Shown: positions 46,801 through 54,756, numbered from the stretch's first letter. The stretch: 64,000 bases of DNA from Clostridiales bacterium (GCA_012520515.1 JAAYOD010000051.1:1880-65879); one strand, 5' to 3'. Program-made: numbers and translations. The notes: generated from the sequence alone by a model not told the origin.

Positions 46801-49044
46801 TTCTGCATCCATATCGTTGGTTAGTCCGCCATAGGCAAGCTCGTCTGCGCTCTCTATTTGGTTAAGTGTTTGCCAGTCGTAGTTTGGTTGGCTGCCAGCA
46901 TGGTATTCTGTAATGCTGATATTATCAAAAAATACCGAACCCATCATTAGTGTGGTATAGTCTGTGGATGCGCCCTCTCCAAACCAAAACTCTATATTGA
47001 GTTTTCTGTCAGACAATTGATTGCCTTGAATATAGAATGTGATTTGTTCCCATTGTCCTAGCTTGCTTGTCTGTTCAACAATATCGTCGCCAGCACCTGT
47101 AAGTTTTACATGAGCATAAGGCTTTTGGTTAAGGTCAGTGCCGCTAGTTGCGCTCTTCCAAGCATTATACTTAGCCATATATTCGCCAAGTTTATCATAA
47201 TAATCTTGCCAAGAATCCTCTAAGTCCGTTAAAGTCTTATAGTCCTTGTTTATAAAATTATTTCTTTCGGTAAGCATTTGGAACTCTAAATATGCTTTTA
47301 CCGTACTGTCAATAAGCGGATCATCATCGACATCTTTTAACTCTTTCCATAAATAATAGTACTTAAAGGCTTGATAAACTTCTTTCTCATAACCTAAAAA
47401 TTCTATATCTTTGCTATATTCAAATCTATCGCTTTCGGTAGCCAAGAAAGTTATTACATTATCAGATTGGTTTTCTGGGTCATAGATAGCCGTTTCGCCC
47501 ATTATCTTGGCTTTTTCTTCTTCTGTCAGCTCTGTAAAATAATTTTCGTAAAAGCCGTAGTCAATATCAGCGTTATATGCGTTATTAATAGCGTCAAGGT
47601 AAGCTTTTTGAATATCTGTATATTCAGTAGGAGAGCTAGGCTTATTAGTCGTTGGCAAATCGTTTAAGGGGTTTACAAAAGCCCACACGCTTATTACATA
47701 ATAAGTGTTACTCTTAATTACTAAAGCAGAGTTACTCTTAAATCCTGCCCCGCTCAAATCGCCATGGTGAATCATAAGCGCTTTTTTCTCGTCAAGGCTG
47801 GACATATTTTCTCTTCCGCCGTTATCACCTACAAGGTTATTTTTCCAGTTCTCATAGCTTACTGTTTTCCAACTTGTAGAATATGAAACACCTTTTAACA
47901 GTTCAAAATAGGTATCTACCGCTTCTTTATCTTCTTCTTTTTTGTAAAGCTTACTAAGGTCGACAATACCCGTATGCGGTGTGTTTACTGTGGGTTGGTC
48001 AGCAGATGAAAGTCCGCTCTTACCCTTTATAAGTGAATAATTGCTTACATTAGATGAGCTATAAATGCCTTCTCTAAAACTATAAAAGAAATTTTTTGCA
48101 TTACTGCTTGTAGGCGCTGCGTCTGTAGACTGCTCAAGTTTGGTGTCTGAAAGGAAATAGCAGCTTTCATATCCATAGGCTTTATTGGCATTAGATTGCG
48201 CAGCCGCTGTAAAGGTGTCATGATTAAATACCGTTTCACCGTCCTTGTCCTTGGTTACTTCTTTACAAATAATGTTATCAAAAAGAGCAGCGCCTTTTAC
48301 TATATATTTATTTGGCACGCTGCTAATGGTTTCTGGTCCATGTCCTAGCCATAGGTTTATGTCAATGGTTTTTGAAGAATATTTATTGCTTTCGATATAA
48401 AGATAACGCGTTTCCCACTTGCCGTTTGTATTAATTACAGCATCTTGATAAGATACGCCGCCAGATATAGTGACCCAAGCACCTTTGTCTGCTTTGTTGT
48501 CTTCATTAGACTCTATATTGGTGCATACTGAATATTGTAATAAATAATATTTGTTAGCTTCTAGCGTAAATGATGCGCTATTTTTATAATAAATGCTGCC
48601 AGCTGTTTCCACTGACGATATCAAAAGAGCATTGGTGTCTTGCAACTCTGTAGTAGGCTTGCCAAAATCATCGGTATCAAAAGGTGTTTTGGGGTCTACT
48701 CCAGGATAAGCAAAAGCAGAGGAAACTGTGCTGTGAATATCGCTGTTGGCGTCAAAAAGCTCTTTGTCGGCTAAGTCAACAACTCCCATCGTTACGCCAG
48801 TTGCGGTAGTAGCAATACTGCCTTTTGTCGCTGTCCAGCCAGTAACGGAATTTTTAACATAAGCGCCTTTTGTTGTAGAGCTTGCATCGTAAAATGTGCC
48901 GTTAGTAATAAGCATAGTACGAGAAACAGTGTCCGTCTCTTCAACAGGGTCTGTATCTTTCTCATAGTCGACACATGCTACTATGGTCATGGAAAGAGCC
49001 AAAACCATAATAAATGTAAATATCAGCAATATTTTTTTCTTCAT
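43837..49044 (-). CDS. giant (1735 aa) surface protein: N-terminal signal/lipobox, repeated CBM-like beta-sandwich modules, C-terminal TM anchor and basic cytoplasmic tail
   Basis: Start set at ATG 49044 (MKKKILLI), with AAGGTGG 5 nt upstream. Signal peptide ending TIVAC. At least 5 degenerate modules of the type NTYY.v.vWvk....g.W....fyi.....l.l.l.lG.....G...fDni. Acidic Pro linker (EEPDDEPDQEPEEKP). TM helix VWLLVSSLIIAVVIIVVIVVLLI. 66-aa Lys/Arg-rich tail. Confidence 0.75.
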   Translation of the reverse strand: MKKKILLIFTFIMVLALSMTIVACVDYEKDTDPVEETDTVSRTMLITNGTFYDASSTTKGAYVKNSVTGWTATKGSIATTATGVTMGVVDLADKELFDANSDIHSTVSSAFAYPGVDPKTPFDTDDFGKPTTELQDTNALLISSVETAGSIYYKNSASFTLEANKYYLLQYSVCTNIESNEDNKADKGAWVTISGGVSYQDAVINTNGKWETRYLYIESNKYSSKTIDINLWLGHGPETISSVPNKYIVKGAALFDNIICKEVTKDKDGETVFNHDTFTAAAQSNANKAYGYESCYFLSDTKLEQSTDAAPTSSNAKNFFYSFREGIYSSSNVSNYSLIKGKSGLSSADQPTVNTPHTGIVDLSKLYKKEEDKEAVDTYFELLKGVSYSTSWKTVSYENWKNNLVGDNGGRENMSSLDEKKALMIHHGDLSGAGFKSNSALVIKSNTYYVISVWAFVNPLNDLPTTNKPSSPTEYTDIQKAYLDAINNAYNADIDYGFYENYFTELTEEEKAKIMGETAIYDPENQSDNVITFLATESDRFEYSKDIEFLGYEKEVYQAFKYYYLWKELKDVDDDPLIDSTVKAYLEFQMLTERNNFINKDYKTLTDLEDSWQDYYDKLGEYMAKYNAWKSATSGTDLNQKPYAHVKLTGAGDDIVEQTSKLGQWEQITFYIQGNQLSDRKLNIEFWFGEGASTDYTTLMMGSVFFDNISITEYHAGSQPNYDWQTLNQIESADELAYGGLTNDMDAETFQENYWALKLESNDVASADLKSVSFTREILPDGQFADLSDLGITSYAQLIFKNSVATASVLTSKEFITINPNTAYRIAMLVKTADIKDGLGVDISLLGGDDKDDLTASIASVTTINDSEWQEVVFYVLGDVIKTNYVTLKLQLGSGTRFSTEKYIKGQVHLALINVTEIKYSEFSSTSKSGDLVKDYTFSNTEKPSDSVTNGSFSGIDLAATNETEFGEGGIISGTAVTSNWTGGTVKNNIFTAPVVSMANDIATWEKVYGVSYTGDDEVEPEYYEVWVRYKDADNKYQEKYVASVLASDTLAFNASDIYKDLTVNYKVRAVGKSNSELSYYDVVSSFSNYSGEVLGSEEGEYDTVDDYIAAKPPAKPELKYQAGTVVIDKETDFADSTGSYVSPYDTMLKISSNYALSHTLTSSSATLSANTYYKVSVWVKTEDGAKASVTLKDVSDVLSAKSVTGKYIGFTNIDTQGKWVQYAFYIKMGNNSGTLSMQLSLGDAYVNKVSKKSTNVKTDATVYDATGLSSGSAYFDNVELIAIEEEEYKNAAQKEELTNGVDNLYDFEIGDIIPDYEGIEYKIYTNKFALRILESVIDSFDSFKENTIEEGKEGYNLGHTPNNYTWSKADSYTSTSEDDRVYGVYSQSDALSKLEMIYKKYDDNDDLINAFSGISNFPENFDITRFIAIDGSNSLVMSNKELFAQSYKVNNTSTINADGYYKITFKAKTLIAAKAFDDNGDAILDENGDITYTIENVNAEFRFMPTTDTDKYQSIYINSNGKVDSIYDTVEYTMYIYNPSSTSATANWSFVLGAESAGDDKTGSMQPILGMLIIDQVGMVEIDKDEYEAVRESADFENWTDEQKISSAMAFYSYDEDKKEDPVEEPDDEPDQEPEEKPSVWSRGEVWLLVSSLIIAVVIIVVIVVLLIRRWKKKHPKKVVGENILKAEKDIKVIEPEQQQKEDFIIDEDYTDDKPKYVQRVVPKKKKSKNKGKR

Positions 49045-49089
49045 TGTAACCACCTTATTAGTGTTTAATTAATTTTTTAGCTATTAAGT

Positions 49090-49118
49090 ATGATACCACA
49101 ATACAGCAACAATTACAA
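49090..49118 (-). promoter_or_regulatory. sigma-A promoter for the giant surface protein gene
   Basis: Minus strand reads TTGTAA, 17 nt, TATCAT, preceded by TGg (extended -10 like). -35 at 49118..49113, -10 at 49095..49090. Confidence 0.6.
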
Positions 49119-49275
49119 CATAATTGCTTTGTTTTTTAGGTATAAAATAATTTTTATATGTATAACATATACACAAAATAATTCTACAAACTTATTCTTT
49201 ACCTATCCTTTAAACTCAAAAAGACAAAAATTGTATTTTCATTGCTTAATTTGTCAGCGATTTATACTTAAACAT

Positions 49276-49308
49276 AAAAAAACGCCGCCCTAATCTTAGA
49301 GGCGGCGT
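49276..49308 (-). terminator. rho-independent terminator of the PCP/Wzz-like gene
   Basis: Minus strand reads ACGCCGCC tctaagattag GGCGGCGT TTTTTTA. The stem is GC-rich and 8 bp, followed by T7. Confidence 0.88.
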
Positions 49309-49327
49309 CGCAATTGACTAATTTTAT

Positions 49328-50686
49328 TTAATCTTCTAAATTTTGAGCAGTTTTGCCGTTTTTTACTATGCTTCTTTTTGCCTTAATTTCAGTGACAAAG
49401 ATTGCTGCTATTACGCCAACAAAGGCGCTTATGAGAGTAATTGCAACTATAAGCAGATAGTTCATAGTAGTGCGTATTCTTACTGCAGGCATGGCTATTT
49501 TAAAACCATTCTCAACTATTTTATGTTCTGAATATAGCTCCAACTCAGCATTTATAGTATCTAAAGTGTTATTGATATTCTTAGCAAAAGTCAATAGGCT
49601 ATTCTCTACAAATGCCCTTTCTTGAGCAGTAGCGGCTTCGGCATCTCTAACTAACTCAATTTTCTTGGCAATGTTGTCAGCTTTAAGTTTATAGTCGTGT
49701 TGCTTGACATTATAACTATTATAATCTTTCATCATTTGGTCGTAATATTTAGATTCTGTTTCAACTATTTCGATAAGTTTTCCGTCCGTAGTCGTTTTAG
49801 ATGTATTGTTGTTATATTCCTTTATTGCTGCTAATTGTGATGATGCAAGTTCTCCATACATGGTGCTTAAATCTGAATAATCTTGATTTTTCGAGGTTAA
49901 GTTTTCAAAAAGAGTAAGAGGCGCATTTTCCTTGCTAACATTATTGCCTATAATATAGCTTTCTATGGTAGATAATTCATTTTTAAGCACTTCTATATTG
50001 CTATAAAGTTTATTATATCTGTCAGGAACACTGTCTTCCAGGGTGCTTAACTCTCTCAAAAGCTTATTTATGGCAAGCTCATAATCAATGCATAGGTCAT
50101 AATAGTCACTTGTTGCCTCAAGCGCTTTGTCTGCTATGGACAAGGAAAGCACTTTACCATAATTATAGATATCTTTAAAATATTGCTTATATGAAGCAAT
50201 AAGTTCATTTAAAAAGATTTGATATTGTGTTCTACTAAAACCTATCTGAGAGCTTTCTGTGAGCACAATTGTATATCTAGATGGAAAATAACCAGGCATA
50301 TTGCCTTGCGCTAATTCTTGAGCTGTTTTACTGGATACAAAACCTATTATGGATATATTATCTCTAAGAGTTTGAGTATATTGTGGAGATTTTTCAGTTA
50401 TACCCATATTTTTTAGCGCGTCATTAATGATGGTATCAGATTTTATTCGACTGGTATCAAGGTTGTTACCAAAAGGATCTTTGCCTTCTTCAATCCCTGC
50501 AAAATTATATTCAATTATTGTTTCGTATTCGGCCGTATCTCTATCTGCGATAGTAACTATTGTTGCAATTCCCCCGCCCAAAATTGCCAAAATAAGACCA
50601 TAAATTAATATTCTTACAAAGCTTCTTTTTAAAATGTCAAATAGCTTTTGGAAAGTTAGCTCATTTGTCTTTAATTCCTCGTTCAT
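49328..50686 (-). CDS. polysaccharide co-polymerase (Wzz/chain-length-determinant-like) membrane protein
   Basis: Start set at MNEELK (ATG 50686, GGAGG upstream). N-terminal Wzz-like segment LTFQKLFDILKRSFVRILIYGLILAILGG. About 370-aa coiled-coil-rich external domain and a C-terminal TM helix (bitopic PCP topology). Confidence 0.6.
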   Translation of the reverse strand: MNEELKTNELTFQKLFDILKRSFVRILIYGLILAILGGGIATIVTIADRDTAEYETIIEYNFAGIEEGKDPFGNNLDTSRIKSDTIINDALKNMGITEKSPQYTQTLRDNISIIGFVSSKTAQELAQGNMPGYFPSRYTIVLTESSQIGFSRTQYQIFLNELIASYKQYFKDIYNYGKVLSLSIADKALEATSDYYDLCIDYELAINKLLRELSTLEDSVPDRYNKLYSNIEVLKNELSTIESYIIGNNVSKENAPLTLFENLTSKNQDYSDLSTMYGELASSQLAAIKEYNNNTSKTTTDGKLIEIVETESKYYDQMMKDYNSYNVKQHDYKLKADNIAKKIELVRDAEAATAQERAFVENSLLTFAKNINNTLDTINAELELYSEHKIVENGFKIAMPAVRIRTTMNYLLIVAITLISAFVGVIAAIFVTEIKAKRSIVKNGKTAQNLED

Positions 50687-50720
50687 GCGACCTCCAATGA
50701 TGGCAAAATCATTTTGATAG

Positions 50721-50749
50721 AGTATATCATATATCGTAAGATATGTCAA
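50721..50749 (-). promoter_or_regulatory. sigma-A promoter for the PCP/Wzz-like gene
   Basis: Minus strand reads TTGACA, 17 nt, TATACT (-35 at 50749..50744, -10 at 50726..50721). Confidence 0.65.
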
Positions 50750-50826
50750 GCAAGCGCCCATTATTTACAGCTAATTTAGGTGATTTTTTCAGTTTCTCAA
50801 TCTTAGTTTTAAGTATTGTATTACTT

Positions 50827-51816
50827 TTATTCTTTTAACCCTAAATAACCATTTATGAAAGCTTGGTCCTGCATTAGCTTATACGCACCACTTAATTGTG
50901 TTAAATAAGGTTTTTGTTCAATAAAACTAGGTAGATTCAATTTTTTGTATATATACTCTTCTAGACCTAGCATTGACGCTCCCGCTCCTGCTATCAAAAT
51001 ACCTTTGTTTTCAATATCTTTTACTACAGAAACAGGCGCTACTGTAAGCGCTCCATCTATTAGTTTAATAATTCTTGTAAACGCATAAATAACTTGTTGA
51101 TAAACTTCTTTTGCCGAAATTACCAGTTTTTTTGGTTTCCCAGTTAAAACATCTTTGCCCGTTAGGCTGTACGATGAATTATCTCCTGCAAAAAGTGAAC
51201 CTATGTTAAGTTTTACCTTTTCGCATTCTTGATATCCAACATTAAGTTTATAAAGGTCTAAGATATGCTCTGCAATTTTTTTGTTAATGACATTACCGCC
51301 CATATCTAGTGAGTAAGCGGATATTATTTCTCTACCGTTTAATATTCCAAGTTCCACCATATCGCCACCGATTATTGATACCACATCGACACCATACTTT
51401 TGAGCGATAGGAGAAAGAGCAACCACACTTTCCATTAAAAATATGCTGCTGTAACCACAACTCACAAAAGCTTTTTCAATCTCTCTTTTTTGCGATATCT
51501 CCAAACCGCAACTTATAAGCACACAAATATCCATGCTGTTAGAAAACTTAAAAACGCTCTTAAAAGCTTCTTTTATAAGTAACCGCACTCCTTCATAGTG
51601 TGCTATTGTGCCATTTTGAATGGGTCTTACAAACATCTCTTCTTCGGTCACTAGGTGCTGTCTTTTAATTGCCTCTTGACCACAAAATATTAGGCTTGGA
51701 TGCAAGCTCCTTTTAATTATTACTGCGCTTGGAATGCGTAAAAGCAGCTCTTTGCCGCTAAAGAGCGAAAAATAGGTAGAGCCAAAATCACAAACTACCT
51801 TAATCTTTGACATCAA
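50827..51816 (-). CDS. MreB/Mbl-like actin-fold protein with degenerate nucleotide-binding motifs
   Basis: 329 aa, colinear with MreB (VRPIQNGTIAHYE, GGNVINKKIAEHI, LTGKPKKLVIS, GILIAGAGASML). Located directly downstream of maf, as mreB is in Bacillus-type operons. Phosphate-1 and phosphate-2 motifs are altered (DFGS; VVSIIGGDM). Confidence 0.7.
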   Translation of the reverse strand: MMSKIKVVCDFGSTYFSLFSGKELLLRIPSAVIIKRSLHPSLIFCGQEAIKRQHLVTEEEMFVRPIQNGTIAHYEGVRLLIKEAFKSVFKFSNSMDICVLISCGLEISQKREIEKAFVSCGYSSIFLMESVVALSPIAQKYGVDVVSIIGGDMVELGILNGREIISAYSLDMGGNVINKKIAEHILDLYKLNVGYQECEKVKLNIGSLFAGDNSSYSLTGKDVLTGKPKKLVISAKEVYQQVIYAFTRIIKLIDGALTVAPVSVVKDIENKGILIAGAGASMLGLEEYIYKKLNLPSFIEQKPYLTQLSGAYKLMQDQAFINGYLGLKE

Positions 51817-52357
51817 TGTACTCCCTCAATATCTCCCGTATTTTATCGGTGGGAAGCCCCACAATGTTATCATAATCGCCAGAATAAGACTCCACAATAA
51901 CATCATCTTGTATGCCGTATGCGCCTGCTTTATCTAGCGGTAAATACTTATTTACATATGAAATTATATCTTCATTAGTCAACTTTCTTAATTTAACCTT
52001 GCTCTCTTGCGTAAAGCTGTACTCTTTTTGGTCAATTTTTATATAAACTCCGCTAAATACGCTGTGTGTTTTTCCACTTAGAATCTTTAGGGTTTTTATA
52101 GCATTTTGCTTAGTGTTAGGCTTGCCATAGATTACACCGTCTAATGCTACAAGCGTGTCACAAGCAATAATGCAAAAAGCATTGTCTTTTACAGACTTAC
52201 CTTTGATAATGGCGTTCTGCAAAGCATTTTCTTGCGGATTATATATATTAATTTCTTGACAGCTTGGCTGAATTATTTCAAAGTTATCTACTATTTTACG
52301 CAAAAGCATCTTGCGCCTTGGTGACGAAGATGCAAGTATTATCTTTTGATTATCCAT
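51800..52357 (-). CDS. maf: Maf-like nucleoside triphosphate pyrophosphatase (septum formation protein Maf)
   Basis: ILASSSPRRKMLL N-terminal motif, DTLV, and the C-terminal segment KAGAYGIQD. Confidence 0.93.
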   Translation of the reverse strand: MDNQKIILASSSPRRKMLLRKIVDNFEIIQPSCQEINIYNPQENALQNAIIKGKSVKDNAFCIIACDTLVALDGVIYGKPNTKQNAIKTLKILSGKTHSVFSGVYIKIDQKEYSFTQESKVKLRKLTNEDIISYVNKYLPLDKAGAYGIQDDVIVESYSGDYDNIVGLPTDKIREILREYIDVKD

Positions 52358-52360
52358 TTA

Positions 52361-53875
52361 TCACAAAATTTCTAAATTCTTCTTAAAGGCACGCTTGAAT
52401 TCAGGAACTGCGTTAAGAGCGTCCTTTATCTCCAGTGTAGAATCACCAACGGCTTCAGTTTTTAGAATTACACTATCGCCTAGAATATCGCAAGTGATGT
52501 TGGTAATAACTCCGCTCATACTTCGGTCAAAGCATTCAGCAATCCTCACAATTACGCCTAATTTCTTTACAGCTTCTATATCTTCTTCAGACAGCATAGA
52601 TAAATACTGCTGAATTTCTATTCCATCAAAAGGTATAGCGCCATGTCTGCTTGCAACAAGCGCCGCAACTACCAAGTCTTTTTGCGGAATACCGTATAGA
52701 TTGCTATTCAATATTAAGTAGAATGAATGTTTAGGGTGGTCATAAAACTTAAAAGAACTACCTATATCATGCAGTTGCGCCGCAATTCTTAACACTTTTA
52801 CATAGCTCCTTGGCAGCTTATGAAGCACTCGCAACTGTCTATAAAGTTGCAAGGACAAATCAAACACATGCTCGGAGTGCTTTATGTTCATATTAAAGTT
52901 GTGTAGCATGGTGTAAATGCTGTGCCCAAGGATATCCCCTATTGGTTTTTCTAGAGTGGTAGGAACGGCATAGCGGAACATCGCGCCTTCCCTTAGCCCT
53001 GCGCCAGAAATAATGATTTCTTCAAAATTGCTGCTCTCTTGAATGGCTTTCATACAGCTTAAAGCAGCAGGCAAAATGTCTGCTCTAGAACTAGATAATC
53101 CCCTTATTCTAGATGCCTTATCGATGTTTAGTGGACGAATGGTGTTGTAGATATTGTCAAACTCTGGCCAGCTTATACGATAATTATGAGCCATATCCAA
53201 GGGATATTTTTTAAACCTGCGGCTTATTTTGCCTACATTTCTCATAGAGCCGCCTACGCAAATAAGTTGAGCGTCAGGGTCAATATTTTTAAACCATTCA
53301 ACTTTATCTAATTGCTCTTTGACATAATCCTCTATCATTTTGCTTCTTTCAATGGGGTCATCGCTTGCTTTAGCAAACTTTTCCGTTAGCGTAACTACGC
53401 CAAAAGGCAAAGTATCTTGCACTATAAGCACACGGCGATTATAATTAATAAGCTTAACAGACCCGCCGCCAATATCAACAATAAGCCCTTTGGGTACATC
53501 CATAGAATTAATAACGCCAGTATAAACAAGACCAGCTTCTTCTTCTTGAGACAAAACAGTGAGTTTAATTCCGCAACTTGTTAGCACTTCATCAACAAAA
53601 CTCTTTTGATTTTTTGCTCGTCTTGCGGCGGCAGTGCCATAGGCAAACACCTTGCTTACCTTGTGGCTTTCATACAAGTTCTTGAAAGTCCTTAATGTTT
53701 GTACCATTTGCTGTATGCGAAGCGGTCTTAAAAAGCCGTCAATCTCCATATCTTTTGCAAGTCTGACCGGTTCTTTCAACTCATCTATTACATTAAAATA
53801 GCCACCTTCAAGAATGTTTACAATAACAATTCTTGCTGTGTTTGACCCTATGTCTATTATGGCAATTTTTTCCAT
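52361..53875 (-). CDS. ppx: Ppx/GppA-family phosphatase with C-terminal HD domain
   Basis: Start set at MEKIAIIDIGSNTARIV (ATG 53875, GGAGGAGGAG upstream). DIGGGS motif and a C-terminal HDIG-like segment (AAQLHDIG). Confidence 0.88.
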   Translation of the reverse strand: MEKIAIIDIGSNTARIVIVNILEGGYFNVIDELKEPVRLAKDMEIDGFLRPLRIQQMVQTLRTFKNLYESHKVSKVFAYGTAAARRAKNQKSFVDEVLTSCGIKLTVLSQEEEAGLVYTGVINSMDVPKGLIVDIGGGSVKLINYNRRVLIVQDTLPFGVVTLTEKFAKASDDPIERSKMIEDYVKEQLDKVEWFKNIDPDAQLICVGGSMRNVGKISRRFKKYPLDMAHNYRISWPEFDNIYNTIRPLNIDKASRIRGLSSSRADILPAALSCMKAIQESSNFEEIIISGAGLREGAMFRYAVPTTLEKPIGDILGHSIYTMLHNFNMNIKHSEHVFDLSLQLYRQLRVLHKLPRSYVKVLRIAAQLHDIGSSFKFYDHPKHSFYLILNSNLYGIPQKDLVVAALVASRHGAIPFDGIEIQQYLSMLSEEDIEAVKKLGVIVRIAECFDRSMSGVITNITCDILGDSVILKTEAVGDSTLEIKDALNAVPEFKRAFKKNLEIL

Positions 53876-53924
53876 GTATTTTACTCCTCCTCCCCCCACC
53901 GTCTTAATTTATCATTCAGCTAAT

Positions 53925-53953
53925 ATTGTATAACTTTATGTCGAATAATGCAA
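53925..53953 (-). promoter_or_regulatory. putative sigma-A promoter for ppx-maf-mreB-like
   Basis: Minus strand reads TTGCAT, 17 nt, TACAAT (-35 at 53953..53948, -10 at 53930..53925). Confidence 0.5.
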
Positions 53954-54138
53954 TATCATTTACCATTTATTTACAGTAGGTTGCAAAAATGTTTTTCTTT
54001 TTTGCTAAACTCGGTCATTTTCTCTATTTTGTGTAAATATGCAAGTATCTATAACGGTATATATCCATATTAACATAAAAAGACGAAACATTGTTGCTTC
54101 GCCTTTGGTTTGATATTATATTTAGGGATTTTAGATAT

Positions 54139-54744
54139 TTATCTTCTATACCTTGCCAAAATAGAACTGCCTGATAACACCTTTTTAACTTCCGCGGCGT
54201 ATTTGCCCTCTTCAATAGCTGTCTCCTCAGGAGTAGGAGCAGGGGCTGGCACAGGTTTTACAACTTTGGGCGCTTTCTTTACTGCTTTTTTAGTTGATGG
54301 AGCTGCATAGCCTTCACGCAAATAGGAGCTGTCCACCTTTATAAATCCAGTAAAAGCTTCAGTATAGTCGCTTTCTTCTACTGCGATCTCATAAACATCT
54401 TTGCCTTTTATTTTCAAATAGGATACGATAGGAAGTATATCGCCGTTACCTACGGCAAAACCAACTGCGTCAACGGCTGACTTTTCGCCAAGTAATGTTG
54501 CTTCAATAATTTGTTGACTATCCAGCCTGTTTCTTCTTCGTGAAGCAAAAGCAGTCTCTTTGGAATATCCTTTTGCGTCGGAATATTCATTAAAGTCACG
54601 GTTACGCTTTGCCACATATCCATAAAACTTTACTCCTGCCACTTCAAACTTTGCTTCTATTTCTTCCATAAGCTTTTTAAAACCTTCGCAAGAAATCTTT
54701 AAGCTGGCTAAGTCAATAAGCAAGACTATTTTTGGTTTATTCAT
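54139..54744 (-). CDS. NYN/LabA-like domain protein with a Pro/Ala/Lys-rich linker and short C-terminal module
   Basis: The N-terminal segment KIVLLIDLASL and the later VGNGDILPIVSYLKIKGKDVYEIAV resemble the NYN (LabA/DUF88) pattern ID..N ... GD.D..PL...L...G..V. Low-complexity segment KKAVKKAPKVVKPVPAPAPTPEE. Confidence 0.5.
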   Translation of the reverse strand: MNKPKIVLLIDLASLKISCEGFKKLMEEIEAKFEVAGVKFYGYVAKRNRDFNEYSDAKGYSKETAFASRRRNRLDSQQIIEATLLGEKSAVDAVGFAVGNGDILPIVSYLKIKGKDVYEIAVEESDYTEAFTGFIKVDSSYLREGYAAPSTKKAVKKAPKVVKPVPAPAPTPEETAIEEGKYAAEVKKVLSGSSILARYRR

Positions 54745-54756
54745 CTTCTATCCTCC

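Noticed and set aside
49157-49173. A 7-bp inverted repeat TATATGT-ata-ACATATA upstream of the giant gene promoter.
   Set aside because: It is short, A/T-rich and occurs once, with no second copy or partner regulator. It cannot be distinguished from chance.
53990-54138. A weak hairpin (GGCGAAG ... TTTCGTC plus T5) after the NYN-like gene, considered as a terminator separating it from ppx.
   Set aside because: The stem is 7 bp with two G-U pairs. It is plausible but too weak to list as a feature. A ppx promoter is nevertheless proposed downstream of it.
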